Shown: one piece after another, positions 53,645-62,628 of the stretch
How positions within the stretch are numbered: the stretch's first letter is position 1
Layout of the letters: each line of letters opens with the position of its first letter
NCBI GenBank assembly: GCA_035649435.1
Contig: DASRJO010000105.1
Location: forward strand, 3,301 to 67,300
Direction: 5' to 3'
Length of the DNA stretch: 64,000 nt
Source of the DNA: Candidatus Krumholzibacteriia bacterium
GTDB lineage: Bacteria > Krumholzibacteriota > Krumholzibacteriia > G020349025
Notes under the pieces: generated by a model
Databases searched by the model: none
The model's input: only the letters and a program-made list of their open reading frames with translations
Told to the model about the DNA's origin: nothing
Translations under genes and position numbers: made by a program

Positions 53645-54754
53645 TTACGGCAGGAAAAAGAACGCCAGACCCAAGATGACGTAGACGGCCAGGAGCTGCA
53701 CGCCCTCGAGCCAGTTGGCCTCTCCGTCCAAAGCCACGAGGTTGACGACGGCGACGGAGGCGACGACCGCCAAGACCTCGAAGTTGGTGAACAAGAGATC
53801 GAGTGGAGAGCCGAAGGCATAGCTGGCAAAGACGAGCACCGGGGCCACGAACAATGCGACCTGGATGCTGGATCCCACGGCGATGTGCATCGCCAAGTCC
53901 ATCTGATTCTTGCGCGCCACGAGCACCGCGGTGCTGTGCTCGGCGGCGTTGCCGACGATGGCGACCAGGATGACGCCGACGAACACCTCGGTCATGCCGA
54001 AAGCCGCGGCGGTGGCTTCGACCGCCTGCACTAACCACTCGGAGACGAGACCGATGGTGCCCGCAGCGACGAGCAAGACGACGATGGCCCGGTTCCGCCC
54101 CCAGCCATGCGCTGCGCCGCCGGCCACGGCATCTTCGATCCTGCCCATCTCGGCGCTCGGCGGTCCCGGCTGCCCGGCGTAGAGATGTTTGTGCGTTTTC
54201 AACGAGAACACGAGGCTCAAGAGATAGGTGGCGAAGAGCACGATGGCGATCTCGAGCGACAGCTCCTTCTCGTGGGCATTGGCATGGCCGGCCACCATGC
54301 GGTGAAAAATGGCGGGCACGACGAGACCGATGGCGGAAAGTGCCAGCAAGGTTCCACCCATGCTCGCCGCCGTGGCGTTGAAGCGCAGGCGGTCGAAGCG
54401 CAGCCCGCCGGCGAGGATCGCGAGGCCGAGAACGAGCAGGATGTTGCCGATGATCGAGCCGGTGATGGAGGCCTTGACCACTTCGGGAAGCCCGCGCTGC
54501 AGGGCGACCAAGGCGATGATGAGCTCCGCGGCGTTGCCGAAGGAGGCGTTGAGCAGTCCACCGAGCCCGGGCCCCATGCGCTCGGAGAGCGACTCGGTCG
54601 CCCGTCCCATCAGGCCCGCGAGCGGGATGATCGAGAGCGCCGACGCCGCGAACACGAGCGGCGGGTCGGCATGCGCGAACTCGAGCACCGCGGCCACCGG
54701 CAGGAAGACCAGCATCAACATCAGGGGTGGGACCTGAAAGCGTCCGATGCGCAT
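53645..54754 (-). CDS. Ca2+/H+ antiporter (CaCA / CAX family)
   Basis: The alpha-repeat motifs [10 protein letters not shown] and [10 protein letters not shown] are present, with about 11 TM helices. Confidence 0.85.
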   Translation of the reverse strand: MRIGRFQVPPLMLMLVFLPVAAVLEFAHADPPLVFAASALSIIPLAGLMGRATESLSERMGPGLGGLLNASFGNAAELIIALVALQRGLPEVVKASITGSIIGNILLVLGLAILAGGLRFDRLRFNATAASMGGTLLALSAIGLVVPAIFHRMVAGHANAHEKELSLEIAIVLFATYLLSLVFSLKTHKHLYAGQPGPPSAEMGRIEDAVAGGAAHGWGRNRAIVVLLVAAGTIGLVSEWLVQAVEATAAAFGMTEVFVGVILVAIVGNAAEHSTAVLVARKNQMDLAMHIAVGSSIQVALFVAPVLVFASYAFGSPLDLLFTNFEVLAVVASVAVVNLVALDGEANWLEGVQLLAVYVILGLAFFFLP

Positions 54755-54840
54755 GCTAGGATCTCCTCGGTCTGCGGATCAGGGTGAGCCTGCCTCGCGG
54801 CGATGCTTTTCGGCCGCGACTGGTGCCGCAGGAGGCAACC

Positions 54841-55293
54841 ATGCGGGTGTCGATAACACGCCTCGGACCCCGGCCGCAAGCCAGGAGTCGGTGGGCGCTG
54901 TTCGCCTTGATCGCGGTGGCGTCATGCAGTGCCAGCACGCGGACAGAAACGACCGATTTCGACGAGACCGGCCGCAGGGCCGATGGCTACAAGGTGAGCG
55001 CGACCATCGTCAGCAAGGACAAAGCGCAGTTGGATCGTGCCCGCAGCCTTGCTCGCGCGGGTGACTATGAGGCTGCGATCGACATCGCCGAGTCGTTGCA
55101 ACGGGACTCAGGCGTCGATGCCGAGCTCAAGCCGGAGATCCTGCTCGTCTTGAGCGAGCTGTACGGTGCACCGCTCAACCCCCGGCGGGACACCGACACC
55201 GCCGACCGGTTGCTGCGCCAATTGCTGGCTGAGTATCCAGATTCGATGCAAGCGGAAACGGCGCGCCAACTCCTCGAGCGCTCCCCGCGTTGA
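54841..55293 (+). CDS. Lipoprotein with helical TPR/YbgF-like C-terminal region
   Basis: AGGAGG lies 5 nt upstream of the ATG. The lipobox is LIAVAS-C. The helical ARAGDYEAAIDIAESL...LLRQLLAEYPDS resembles a TPR-like motif. Confidence 0.45.
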   Translation: MRVSITRLGPRPQARSRWALFALIAVASCSASTRTETTDFDETGRRADGYKVSATIVSKDKAQLDRARSLARAGDYEAAIDIAESLQRDSGVDAELKPEILLVLSELYGAPLNPRRDTDTADRLLRQLLAEYPDSMQAETARQLLERSPR

Positions 55294-55355
55294 TTCTCTC
55301 GACAGCACCGCTCCCACATTGAGCTTGTTTGCTGTGCATGCGAATGGCCGGTATC

Positions 55356-55370
55356 TGGCGCGTGTCTTGC
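55356..55370 (+). promoter_or_regulatory. Sigma-54 (-24/-12) promoter, near-consensus
   Basis: TGGCGC-GTGTC-TTGC compared with the consensus TGGCAC-N5-TTGC. GG is at 55357-55358 and GC at 55369-55370. It is about 64 nt upstream of the GTG 55434 start of the GcvH-like/FeS/NrfD operon. Confidence 0.6.
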
Positions 55371-55433
55371 GATGCAACTCATTGCGGCGGTCGATGGTTC
55401 CGCCGGGGACAATCAGGCGACGAGGTGAGTCTT

Positions 55434-56102
55434 GTGACAGCGATTCTGGTCGTCTGCACCATCGCACTGTTCTTGATCGTGGATTCGGTGCGAACACGCA
55501 GACGCAGTCCGGTCGTGGCGCCTTGCGTCCCGCGGCGACTCGAAGAGCTGGGTGGCGATTTCCCCGTCCCGGCGGGGGTCTTCGTCGGCGCCGGCCACAC
55601 CTGGGCGAGCCTCGAGACCAATGGCTCGGTCCGCGTCGGCGTGGACGCCTTTGCCTCGCGTCTGCTTGGGCGGCTCGACCGTCTCGAGGCGGCCGCAGCC
55701 GGTGCCGAGCTGGCGCACGAGGATGCCGCCTTCGTGCTGCATCAAGGAACGAAGAGCGTCGCCTTCGCGTCGCCGCTCACCGGGACGGTGACGGACGTGA
55801 ACACCGCGCTATTGCACGAACCGGAACGTCTGCGCGACGCGCCCTACGACAGCGGCTGGCTGCTGCGCATCCGGCCGCACCATCTGGCGCGCGAGCTGCA
55901 TCGACTGCGCATCGGCGACGATGCACAGGGATGGCTGCAGCATGAAGCCGCACGTCTCGGCGATTTCCTCGCGCGCGCAGTCCCGAGCCGTATCGCCGGT
56001 GCGACGCTCCAAGATGGCGGGCTCGCCGTGACGGGAGTGATGGAGATGCTCGACGCCGGGGCATGGGAGCGTTTCGAATCCGAATTCCTCGCTGGCCGCT
56101 GA
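55434..56102 (+). CDS. Membrane-anchored glycine-cleavage-H-like (lipoyl/biotinyl-domain fold) protein
   Basis: GTG 55434 has GAGGTGA 5 nt upstream. An N-terminal TM AILVVCTIALFLIVDSV is followed by RTRRRS. The body aligns by eye to GcvH (GHTW..LE.NG.VRVGVD.FA..LLG, SPLTGTVTDVN, PYDSGWLLRIR). Confidence 0.6.
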   Translation: MTAILVVCTIALFLIVDSVRTRRRSPVVAPCVPRRLEELGGDFPVPAGVFVGAGHTWASLETNGSVRVGVDAFASRLLGRLDRLEAAAAGAELAHEDAAFVLHQGTKSVAFASPLTGTVTDVNTALLHEPERLRDAPYDSGWLLRIRPHHLARELHRLRIGDDAQGWLQHEAARLGDFLARAVPSRIAGATLQDGGLAVTGVMEMLDAGAWERFESEFLAGR

Positions 56103-56163
56103 AGGACCGTGCGGCGTCGAGAATGATTGGGGCGAGCGGTCGACTCGAAGGAGGAGGACGTCG

Positions 56164-56949
56164 ATGACTGCGGCGCTGCTCATCGACACCACGCGCTGCA
56201 TCGGATGCAACGCCTGTGCGGATGCCTGCAAGGAGGCCAATCACCTGCCGGGTGAAGTAGAGACGACGCTCACGGCCCGCACTTGGACGGTAGTCGAGGC
56301 GAAGGGGGACGTGTACGTCCGGCGCATGTGCATGCATTGCGAGGAGCCGACGTGCGCTTCGGTGTGTCCGGTCGGGGCGTTGCACAAGACTGCCGAAGGA
56401 CCCGTGGCCTACGAGGAGTCGCGTTGCATCGGCTGCCGCTACTGCATGGTGGCCTGCCCGTTCGGCGTCCCGAAGTACGAATGGGACAAGACGCTGCCGC
56501 GAGTACAGAAGTGCATCGGCTGCATCGGCCGCCTGCGCGCCGGCCAGAGCACGGCGTGCGCCACCGCCTGCCCGACCGGGGCGACCACATTCGGCGAGCG
56601 CGAGGAACTGCTGGCGGAAGCGCGCCGGCGGATTCGCGAATCTCCCGATTCCTATGTGCACCGCATCTACGGTGAACGCGAGGTCGGGGGCACGCACGTG
56701 CTGATGCTGGCGGCGGTTCCGTTCGAGCAGCTCGGGTTCCCGGTCGACCTGCCTGAGAGAGCGATGCCGTCTTACACCTGGGAAGCACTGTCCAAGATCC
56801 CGAACGTGGTCTCGGTGGGGGGCGTCGGCTTGCTCGGGATCTGGTGGATCATCCACCGCCGCATGCAGCTCGAGCGCTCGGAAGAAGTCGATGTCGATGC
56901 CGGGCCGCATTTGGCACAGGTCACGAGTCGAGACGGAGGCCGGTCATGA
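56164..56949 (+). CDS. Four-cluster [4Fe-4S] ferredoxin-type subunit (HybA/NrfC/PsrB-like) with C-terminal TM anchor, no Tat/Sec leader
   Basis: The Cys groups are CIGCNACADAC, CMHCEEPTCASVCP, CIGCRYCMVACP and CIGCIG...CATACP. A C-terminal TM reads VVSVGGVGLLGIWWIIH. The first cluster starts at residue 12, and no more upstream start codon is offered for this ORF in the track. Confidence 0.85.
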   Translation: MTAALLIDTTRCIGCNACADACKEANHLPGEVETTLTARTWTVVEAKGDVYVRRMCMHCEEPTCASVCPVGALHKTAEGPVAYEESRCIGCRYCMVACPFGVPKYEWDKTLPRVQKCIGCIGRLRAGQSTACATACPTGATTFGEREELLAEARRRIRESPDSYVHRIYGEREVGGTHVLMLAAVPFEQLGFPVDLPERAMPSYTWEALSKIPNVVSVGGVGLLGIWWIIHRRMQLERSEEVDVDAGPHLAQVTSRDGGRS

Positions 56950-58136
56950 AGCCAAGCATCGCGATCCCGCGCATCACGTTCTGGAGGGGCGTGTTCGGGC
57001 TCATCGTCGCAGCCGGTCTGGTGGCGACCTGGGTGCGCTTCACTCGGGGATTGGGGGCGAGCACGAATCTCTCCGACCGGTTTCCGTGGGGGCTGTGGAT
57101 TGGTTTCGACGTGCTCTGCGGCGTCGGGCTGGCGGCGGGAGGCTTCGCCATCACCGCGATGGTGCACATCTTCCACATCGAGCGCTACCAGCCGATCCTG
57201 CGGCCGACGATCTTGACCGCTTTCCTCGGCTACTTGCTCGTGATCATGGCGCTGCTCTTCGACCTCGGGCGGCCGTATCGCATCTGGCATCCGCTGGTCA
57301 TGCGCAACCCGCACTCGGTGATGTTCGAGGTCGCCTGGTGCGTGATGCTCTACACCACGGTGCTGGCGCTCGAGTTCAGCCCCATCGTGTTCGAGAAGCT
57401 GCGCCTGCAACGGCCGCGGCGCATCCTGCGCACCATTTCGGTACCGCTCGTGATCGTGGGGGTGTTGCTGTCGACGTTGCACCAATCCTCGCTCGGATCA
57501 CTGTTCCTGATCATGCCGCAGAAGCTGCACCCACTGTGGTACACGCCGATGCTGCCGGTGTTCTTCTTCATCTCCGCGCTCGGTGTCGGCTTCGCCATGG
57601 TCATCTTCGAGTCCTATCTGAGTGGGAAGGCGTTCGGCAAGCAGCTCGAGCTGCCGTTGCTCTCCCATCTGGCGAGTGTCGTCGCCGTGGTGCAGCTCGT
57701 CGCCCTCGTGTGGCGGCTGGAGGACCTGGCGTTCCGTGGCGCCTGGGAGCACCTCGGGGCCCAGACGTTGCCGGCTGCCACCTTCGCCGCCGAGATGATC
57801 GTGGGTGCCCTCGTCCCCATCGTGCTCTTCGCCGTGCCGCGCTGGCGCCAGAATCCGAATACCTTGTTCCTGGGCGCGGCCTCGGTCGTCTCGGGTTTCG
57901 TGCTCAATCGCTTGAACGTCGGCATCACCGGGCTCGAGCTGGGCACCGGCCAACGTTACTTCCCGAGCTGGATGGAAGTCGCGGTCACCATGAGCATCGT
58001 GGCGATTGGTTTCGCGCTGTTCGGTGTCGCCTGCAGGATCCTGCCGATCTTCGAATCACCCAAGGTGCAGATCCGGCGGCTGCGACGCACTCGACTCGCC
58101 CCCGCGCCGGCACCACCGGTGTCGGCGCAGGCATGA
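56946..58136 (+). CDS. NrfD/PsrC/HybB-family integral membrane quinone-interacting subunit
   Basis: ATGA overlap with the FeS gene. It is 396 aa with about 10 TM helices. FPWGLWIGFDVLCGVGLAAGGF and YRIWHPL are typical of the NrfD/HybB family. Confidence 0.85.
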   Translation: MKPSIAIPRITFWRGVFGLIVAAGLVATWVRFTRGLGASTNLSDRFPWGLWIGFDVLCGVGLAAGGFAITAMVHIFHIERYQPILRPTILTAFLGYLLVIMALLFDLGRPYRIWHPLVMRNPHSVMFEVAWCVMLYTTVLALEFSPIVFEKLRLQRPRRILRTISVPLVIVGVLLSTLHQSSLGSLFLIMPQKLHPLWYTPMLPVFFFISALGVGFAMVIFESYLSGKAFGKQLELPLLSHLASVVAVVQLVALVWRLEDLAFRGAWEHLGAQTLPAATFAAEMIVGALVPIVLFAVPRWRQNPNTLFLGAASVVSGFVLNRLNVGITGLELGTGQRYFPSWMEVAVTMSIVAIGFALFGVACRILPIFESPKVQIRRLRRTRLAPAPAPPVSAQA

Positions 58137-58193
58137 GGGGTCGAGACAGGATCGAGGGCCGGGCGAGGCGCGGCCGCGGACGGCTGAACCGGC

Positions 58194-59450
58194 TCAGGGC
58201 TCGAACTCGATGCGCTCGATCGCGGACCACTCGAAGAACTGCGGCTCGCCTCGACCGGGTGTGACGACGTAGACGCCGGCGTTGCGTTCGCTCACGTCCT
58301 GGGCATCCTCGAGCTCGAGAACGAGGCCGCCGCGCAGGACGACGCGGCTTTCGTCGTGGCGCCCGGGTTCGATCGAAGCGATGCGGGCGAACGGGATGTC
58401 GTACTCGATGTCGGCATGGGAACCGTTGAGCATTTCCCATCCGGCTTCCTCGTCGCGATCGAACACGATGTGGCCGCGATGGGTGCCGCCGTCGGTGGTG
58501 TGCACGCTGCCTTCGAGCGGCCCCAGCGGCGGGTAGGCGGTGTAGCCGCGCCCGCTGGCACCAGGCTGGCTGAAGGTCAGCTTGTCGAAGGCGCGCCAGG
58601 AAATGGTGACGCGGCCGTGGCGCTCGTCCTCGACCACGATGCCACGATTGTCGTCGTTGACGTCGTTCGAGCCTTCGAGGCGCAAGGTGCGCCCGTCGGC
58701 GAGCGTGACGTTGCATGCACGACGCGACAGGCGTTCGATGGAGCGGATCCGACCCATCGGGATCTCCACCTTGCCGTCCTCGGATTCACCGTTCAAGAGA
58801 TCGACGCTCGTGCATTCCGACTTGTCCCATTGCACCCAGCCCTCGAAGGCCCCGCTATCGGTGGTGACGGTGCCGTGCAAGCGGGTGACGCCGGGGTCGG
58901 CCCCGGTGGGCGCGGCCGCGAAGCGGATGCGCTCGATGCGGTCCCATTCGACTTCGATGCCACCGACCTCGGGATCGAGGACATGGATGGCGTCGCTCAC
59001 GTCGTTCGAGTACCCACGCACCTTCATCACCACGCCGCTCTTCAGGTGTACTTCGATATGGTCGTTGCGCAGGACTTCGATTTCCGCAATGTCGCCGAAT
59101 CGGCAGATGAAGATGCGTGCGTCGTCGTCGCCGACATGCACCTCGTGGCCGAAGAAACGATAAGGTCGCCGGCGGCGCGATTCGCGCTCGTCATCCGACC
59201 GGTTCTCGAGATAGGGCAGCTCTTCCTTGGACGAGTGGAAAAGGTCGTCCCAGAAGCTCTCTTCGTCTCCCCAGCGCAAGAAGCCATGATACTCCTTGCC
59301 GGAACGCGTGCTCACCGTGCCATACAGGAAGCCGGAGTTGTCGATGGCGTACGATTCCATCCCCGGAACCGGAACGGCCCAGGAGACGGCGGCCACGATT
59401 GCGGCAGCGAGGCAATTGAAATCTCGGGGACGCTTCCTTGGTTTCGGCAT
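58194..59450 (-). CDS. Secreted protein of unknown function built from three modules of about 125 aa
   Basis: Start MPKPRKRPRDFNCLAAAIVAAVSWAVP has AAGGAG 6 nt upstream. The threefold internal repeat is (FLYGTVSTRSGKEYHGFLRWGDEE / RLHGTVTTDSGAFEGWVQWDKSE / PLEGSVHTTDGGTHRGHIVFDRDEE), each followed by a beta-rich segment ending in ...W..I.RI.F. No family is recognised. Confidence 0.6.
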   Translation of the reverse strand: MPKPRKRPRDFNCLAAAIVAAVSWAVPVPGMESYAIDNSGFLYGTVSTRSGKEYHGFLRWGDEESFWDDLFHSSKEELPYLENRSDDERESRRRRPYRFFGHEVHVGDDDARIFICRFGDIAEIEVLRNDHIEVHLKSGVVMKVRGYSNDVSDAIHVLDPEVGGIEVEWDRIERIRFAAAPTGADPGVTRLHGTVTTDSGAFEGWVQWDKSECTSVDLLNGESEDGKVEIPMGRIRSIERLSRRACNVTLADGRTLRLEGSNDVNDDNRGIVVEDERHGRVTISWRAFDKLTFSQPGASGRGYTAYPPLGPLEGSVHTTDGGTHRGHIVFDRDEEAGWEMLNGSHADIEYDIPFARIASIEPGRHDESRVVLRGGLVLELEDAQDVSERNAGVYVVTPGRGEPQFFEWSAIERIEFEP

Positions 59451-59563
59451 GTTCGACTCCTTCGGGGCGGTTCGATCACTCTGTGACTGCATACGTTTTT
59501 CGATTCCCGTTCCGAGCCAGATTCGCGCGCGAGGAACCACGACGTCGCGGTCGAGGTTCAGGC

Positions 59564-60133
59564 TCAGCGCGGCAGTTCCGCTGCCTGCGAATCGGACGAG
59601 GTGAAGTCGATGGCGCTTGGGACGTCCTCGCTGCCGGCGCGCGAATTCTCGGACTCGCTGTCCGCGTCGAGCGAACCTTCCTCCTCCCATCCAGCTTCCA
59701 CGCGCAGTGCCTCGCGCAGCGCACTGCGATAGCGCGGGTCGGCTTGGAGGACCTCGGTCGCGATGGAAGCGAAGCGCTCGTCGGTCATCGCAGTGGGCCA
59801 AGCTCGTGGGTAGTCCGTGGAGCGCAGCCAGGCACTGCCGGCCCACAATCCGAGCGCCAGCACGATGCCGGCTGCGAGCGCCCACCGCCAGGCCCCGGGC
59901 TTGGCGTGTCCGAGGACTTCGAACGCCGGGGAATCGTCTTGGAGCGGAGCATCGGGCACCGATGCCGCACTCCACCCGCTCACCGCGTTTTCCAAGAGAG
60001 CGCACTGCCGTACGAAGTCCGCGCACGCAGCGCAATCCAGCAGGTGGGAAAGTGCCGGGGCGATGTCGGCACGTGGAGCCTCAGCATCCAGGAGCGCCGA
60101 GAGCGTCATTTCGAAGCTCGAGCACGAGTTCAT
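59564..60133 (-). CDS. Anti-sigma factor-like protein (zf-HC2-like, single TM), module 3
   Basis: SHLLDCAACADFVRQC is present. The TM is WRWALAAGIVLALGLWAGSAW. It starts 16 nt after the sigma stop. Confidence 0.55.
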   Translation of the reverse strand: MNSCSSFEMTLSALLDAEAPRADIAPALSHLLDCAACADFVRQCALLENAVSGWSAASVPDAPLQDDSPAFEVLGHAKPGAWRWALAAGIVLALGLWAGSAWLRSTDYPRAWPTAMTDERFASIATEVLQADPRYRSALREALRVEAGWEEEGSLDADSESENSRAGSEDVPSAIDFTSSDSQAAELPR

Positions 60134-60149
60134 CTTGTCTCCTTCGGCG

Positions 60150-60704
60150 TCAGCACGTTTCGTCGGTGCGATGCGACCGGCGCGTGCCGCTCAGGAACTC
60201 TCGCAGCCCATGCGCCAATGTCTTGCGCGCCCGGTACACATCGACCTTCACTTTCGCCACGCTCCAATCACGAGCGCGAGCGATCTCGGCATAGGCGAGG
60301 CGCTGCAACACGCCGAGCTCGAAGGCGAGGCGCTGATCGGGCGGCAGCGCCAGCAAGAGATTCTGCAGGTGTTCTTGCAACTGGCTGTGCTCCGCATCGC
60401 TTTGCGGCGAGTCGGCGCGCTGTCGCGGATCCAATCCGCCATCGAGCACCTCCAGTTGCAGCATGCTGCGGCGATCGCGAAAGTGATTGGCGAGCAGATT
60501 GCGCGCGGTCTGGAACACGTATGCGCGCGCTTTGTCGGGCTCGCGGAGATCGGGCGCATGCTCGACGAAACGTGTCAGTGTTTCCTGACACAGGTCCTCG
60601 GCCGTGTCGGCGTCGCGCAACCGCCGGCGCAACCACGCCAACAACTCGGGACGCAGGCGCTCGAGCCAGAGGGTCGCGGTGCTCGGATCGTGCTCCTTGC
60701 CCAT
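60150..60704 (-). CDS. ECF-type RNA polymerase sigma factor (module 3)
   Basis: It starts at MGKEHDPS. Region 2 reads AEDLCQETLTRFVEH and YVFQTARNLLANHFRDRR. Region 4 reads QRLAFELGVLQRLAYAEIARARDWSVAKVKVDVYRARKTL. Confidence 0.8.
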   Translation of the reverse strand: MGKEHDPSTATLWLERLRPELLAWLRRRLRDADTAEDLCQETLTRFVEHAPDLREPDKARAYVFQTARNLLANHFRDRRSMLQLEVLDGGLDPRQRADSPQSDAEHSQLQEHLQNLLLALPPDQRLAFELGVLQRLAYAEIARARDWSVAKVKVDVYRARKTLAHGLREFLSGTRRSHRTDETC

Positions 60705-60759
60705 GGCCTCCGGATCCGTCCCGGAGCGTCCCCGCTCCGGTTCTGAAGACACGCCAGAA

Positions 60760-60784
60760 GACGAGAGGTTACATTTCAAATTCC
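60760..60784 (-). promoter_or_regulatory. Candidate autoregulatory ECF-type promoter (GGAAT-N16-CGTC)
   Basis: The minus strand reads GGAATTTGAAATGTAACCTCTCGTCTT. The -35 GGAAT is at 60784-60780 and the -10 CGTC at 60763-60760. It is about 55 nt upstream of the sigma start. Confidence 0.45.
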
Positions 60785-60940
60785 TGCGGGTCTCGGTCCC
60801 ACGAACGTAGCACAGGGCGGGAAGCGTCTTCCCCTCGGCTTGGATGGGAGATCCAGAGTAAACGGCTGGCGAGGCGGAGCGCGGCAGGATCGGGCGCGCC
60901 GGGTCCCGACGGTCGGCAGACGAAGGGAGCTGAGGTCGGG

Positions 60941-61027
60941 ATGGCGAAGCAACCGCATTTCACGCCGGCGTTGTTCGCCTTTCTGCGGGACTTGCAGGCA
61001 CACAACGAACGCGCGTGGTTCGAGGCG
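60941..61027 (+). pseudogene. Truncated remnant of a DUF2461 (TIGR02453) family gene
   Basis: MAKQPHFTPALFAFLRDLQAHNERAWFEA matches the characteristic N-terminus of DUF2461 proteins. After that the frame loses resemblance and runs antisense into the acyl-CoA dehydrogenase gene. Confidence 0.3.
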
Positions 61028-61087
61028 AGAACCGTGCAACCGCTGACGCTGATGCGAACCTCGGCATCGCCGGGCACGGGCCGGAGC

Positions 61088-62254
61088 TCACTCGCCGAGC
61101 TCGGCCTTGGCGATGGTGGAGAGTTGCATGAACGACGTGCCCTCGTAGATCTTGCCGATCTTGGCGTCGCGATAGAACTTCTCCACCGGGTAGTCGGTCG
61201 TGTAGCCGTAGCCACCATGGATTTCGAGCGCCGCGGAGGTGATGAACTCGGCGGCCTCGCTGGCATAGAGCTTGGCCATGGCGGCTTCCTTGAGGAAGGA
61301 TTCGCCGGAGTCCTTGAGACGCGCCGCGTTGTATACTAGCAGGCGCGCGGCCTCGAGCTTGGTGGCGCAATAGGCCAGCTGATGCTGCACGGCCTGGAAG
61401 CTGTTGATTGTCTTGCCGAATTGCACGCGTTCTTGCGCGTACTTCTTGGCGCTCTCGAGAGCGGCGCCGGCGATGCCGAGCATCTGGGCGCCGATGCCGA
61501 TGCGGCCTTCGTTGAGGATCTCGATGGCGATCTTGTAGCCCTTGCCGACTTCACCGAGAACGCGATTCTCCGGCAACGTGCAGGCATCGAGCACCAGCTC
61601 GCACGTGCTCGAGGCCCGGATCCCGAGCTTGCTTTCGCGCTTGCCGAGGCCGAAGCCCGGGTCGTTCTTCTCGACGAGGAATGCGGTGATGCCCTTGTAA
61701 CCCTTGGCGGGGTCGGCATTGGCGAAAACGAGGAACACCCCTGCCTCGCCGGCATTGGTGATCCATAGCTTGCGGCCGTTGAGCACCCAGCTCTTGCCTT
61801 GCTTCTCCGCCCGCGTCGCCAGCGCGAAGGCATCCGAACCGGAGCCGGCCTCCGAGAGAGCATAGGCTGCGACCGTGTCCGTCGCCACGCGCCGGCAAAA
61901 GGCACGCTTCTGCTCTTCGCTGCCATAGCGCAGCAGGCCATTGTTGAACAGGGTGTTCTGCACGTCCACGAGGACGCCCACGGCGCCGTCGGCACGCGAG
62001 ATTTCTTCCACGGCGAGGATGGATTGGAAGAAGCTGCCCCCGGCACCGCCCTCCGCCTCGGGAATCTCGATCCCCATGACCCCCATCTGGAAAAGGCTCG
62101 GGATCAGAGTCTCGTCGTAGCGACCGGCCTCCTCCATGGCGCGCGCGCGGGGGGCCACTTCGCCCTGGGCGAAGTCCCGGATGGCGTCACGAAACATCGC
62201 CTCGTCTTCCGAGAGCATCGTCAGTGCGGGCCGGCTCATGGCTTCGACGGGCAT
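61088..62254 (-). CDS. Acyl-CoA dehydrogenase (short/branched-chain type)
   Basis: YALSEAGSGSDAFA, KLWITNAGEAGVFLVFA, ESKLGIRASSTCELVL and QIHGGYGYTTDYPVEKFYRDAKI.KIYEGTS are present, including the catalytic Glu context. Confidence 0.92.
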   Translation of the reverse strand: MPVEAMSRPALTMLSEDEAMFRDAIRDFAQGEVAPRARAMEEAGRYDETLIPSLFQMGVMGIEIPEAEGGAGGSFFQSILAVEEISRADGAVGVLVDVQNTLFNNGLLRYGSEEQKRAFCRRVATDTVAAYALSEAGSGSDAFALATRAEKQGKSWVLNGRKLWITNAGEAGVFLVFANADPAKGYKGITAFLVEKNDPGFGLGKRESKLGIRASSTCELVLDACTLPENRVLGEVGKGYKIAIEILNEGRIGIGAQMLGIAGAALESAKKYAQERVQFGKTINSFQAVQHQLAYCATKLEAARLLVYNAARLKDSGESFLKEAAMAKLYASEAAEFITSAALEIHGGYGYTTDYPVEKFYRDAKIGKIYEGTSFMQLSTIAKAELGE

Positions 62255-62628
62255 GACTCCACTTCGCTTTGCGTCGACCTCGGGCTGGGCCGCGATTCGT
62301 CCTCGGCGGTCGTGGGCGCCGGCGATCCTAGCAAATCCGAACGCCGCGCGCAGCCATCGAGGGCACGCAGCTCATTTGCACCTCGTCGCGCATCGACGCG
62401 CAGAGCGAACACGACGCCATGTTTCGGTCCCGAGGGCCCTCCTCGGTCGAGTAGCGAGCGGAGTCGCGAGGGAGGAATTTTCCGTGCGGAGCCTCGATCC
62501 GACCGAGCCGGCTTTTGGGAACGCATGGCGGGAGTCAAAGCCGATGGCAACCTTCGTCCTGGCGTACGCGTCTCATACATTCGAAGGCGTGCATGTCGCG
62601 GGGGTCTCGATCCAGCGGGGGTCGAATC

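Noticed and set aside
51960-54038. 692-aa minus-strand ORF
   Set aside because: It is antisense to the 12-heme and 6-heme cytochrome genes and overlaps the antiporter gene out of frame. Its composition is Arg/Gly/Ser-rich with no motifs.
59438-61339. 633-aa plus-strand ORF
   Set aside because: Most of it is antisense to the anti-sigma, sigma and acyl-CoA dehydrogenase genes. Only the 29-codon DUF2461-like segment (60941-61027) looks meaningful.
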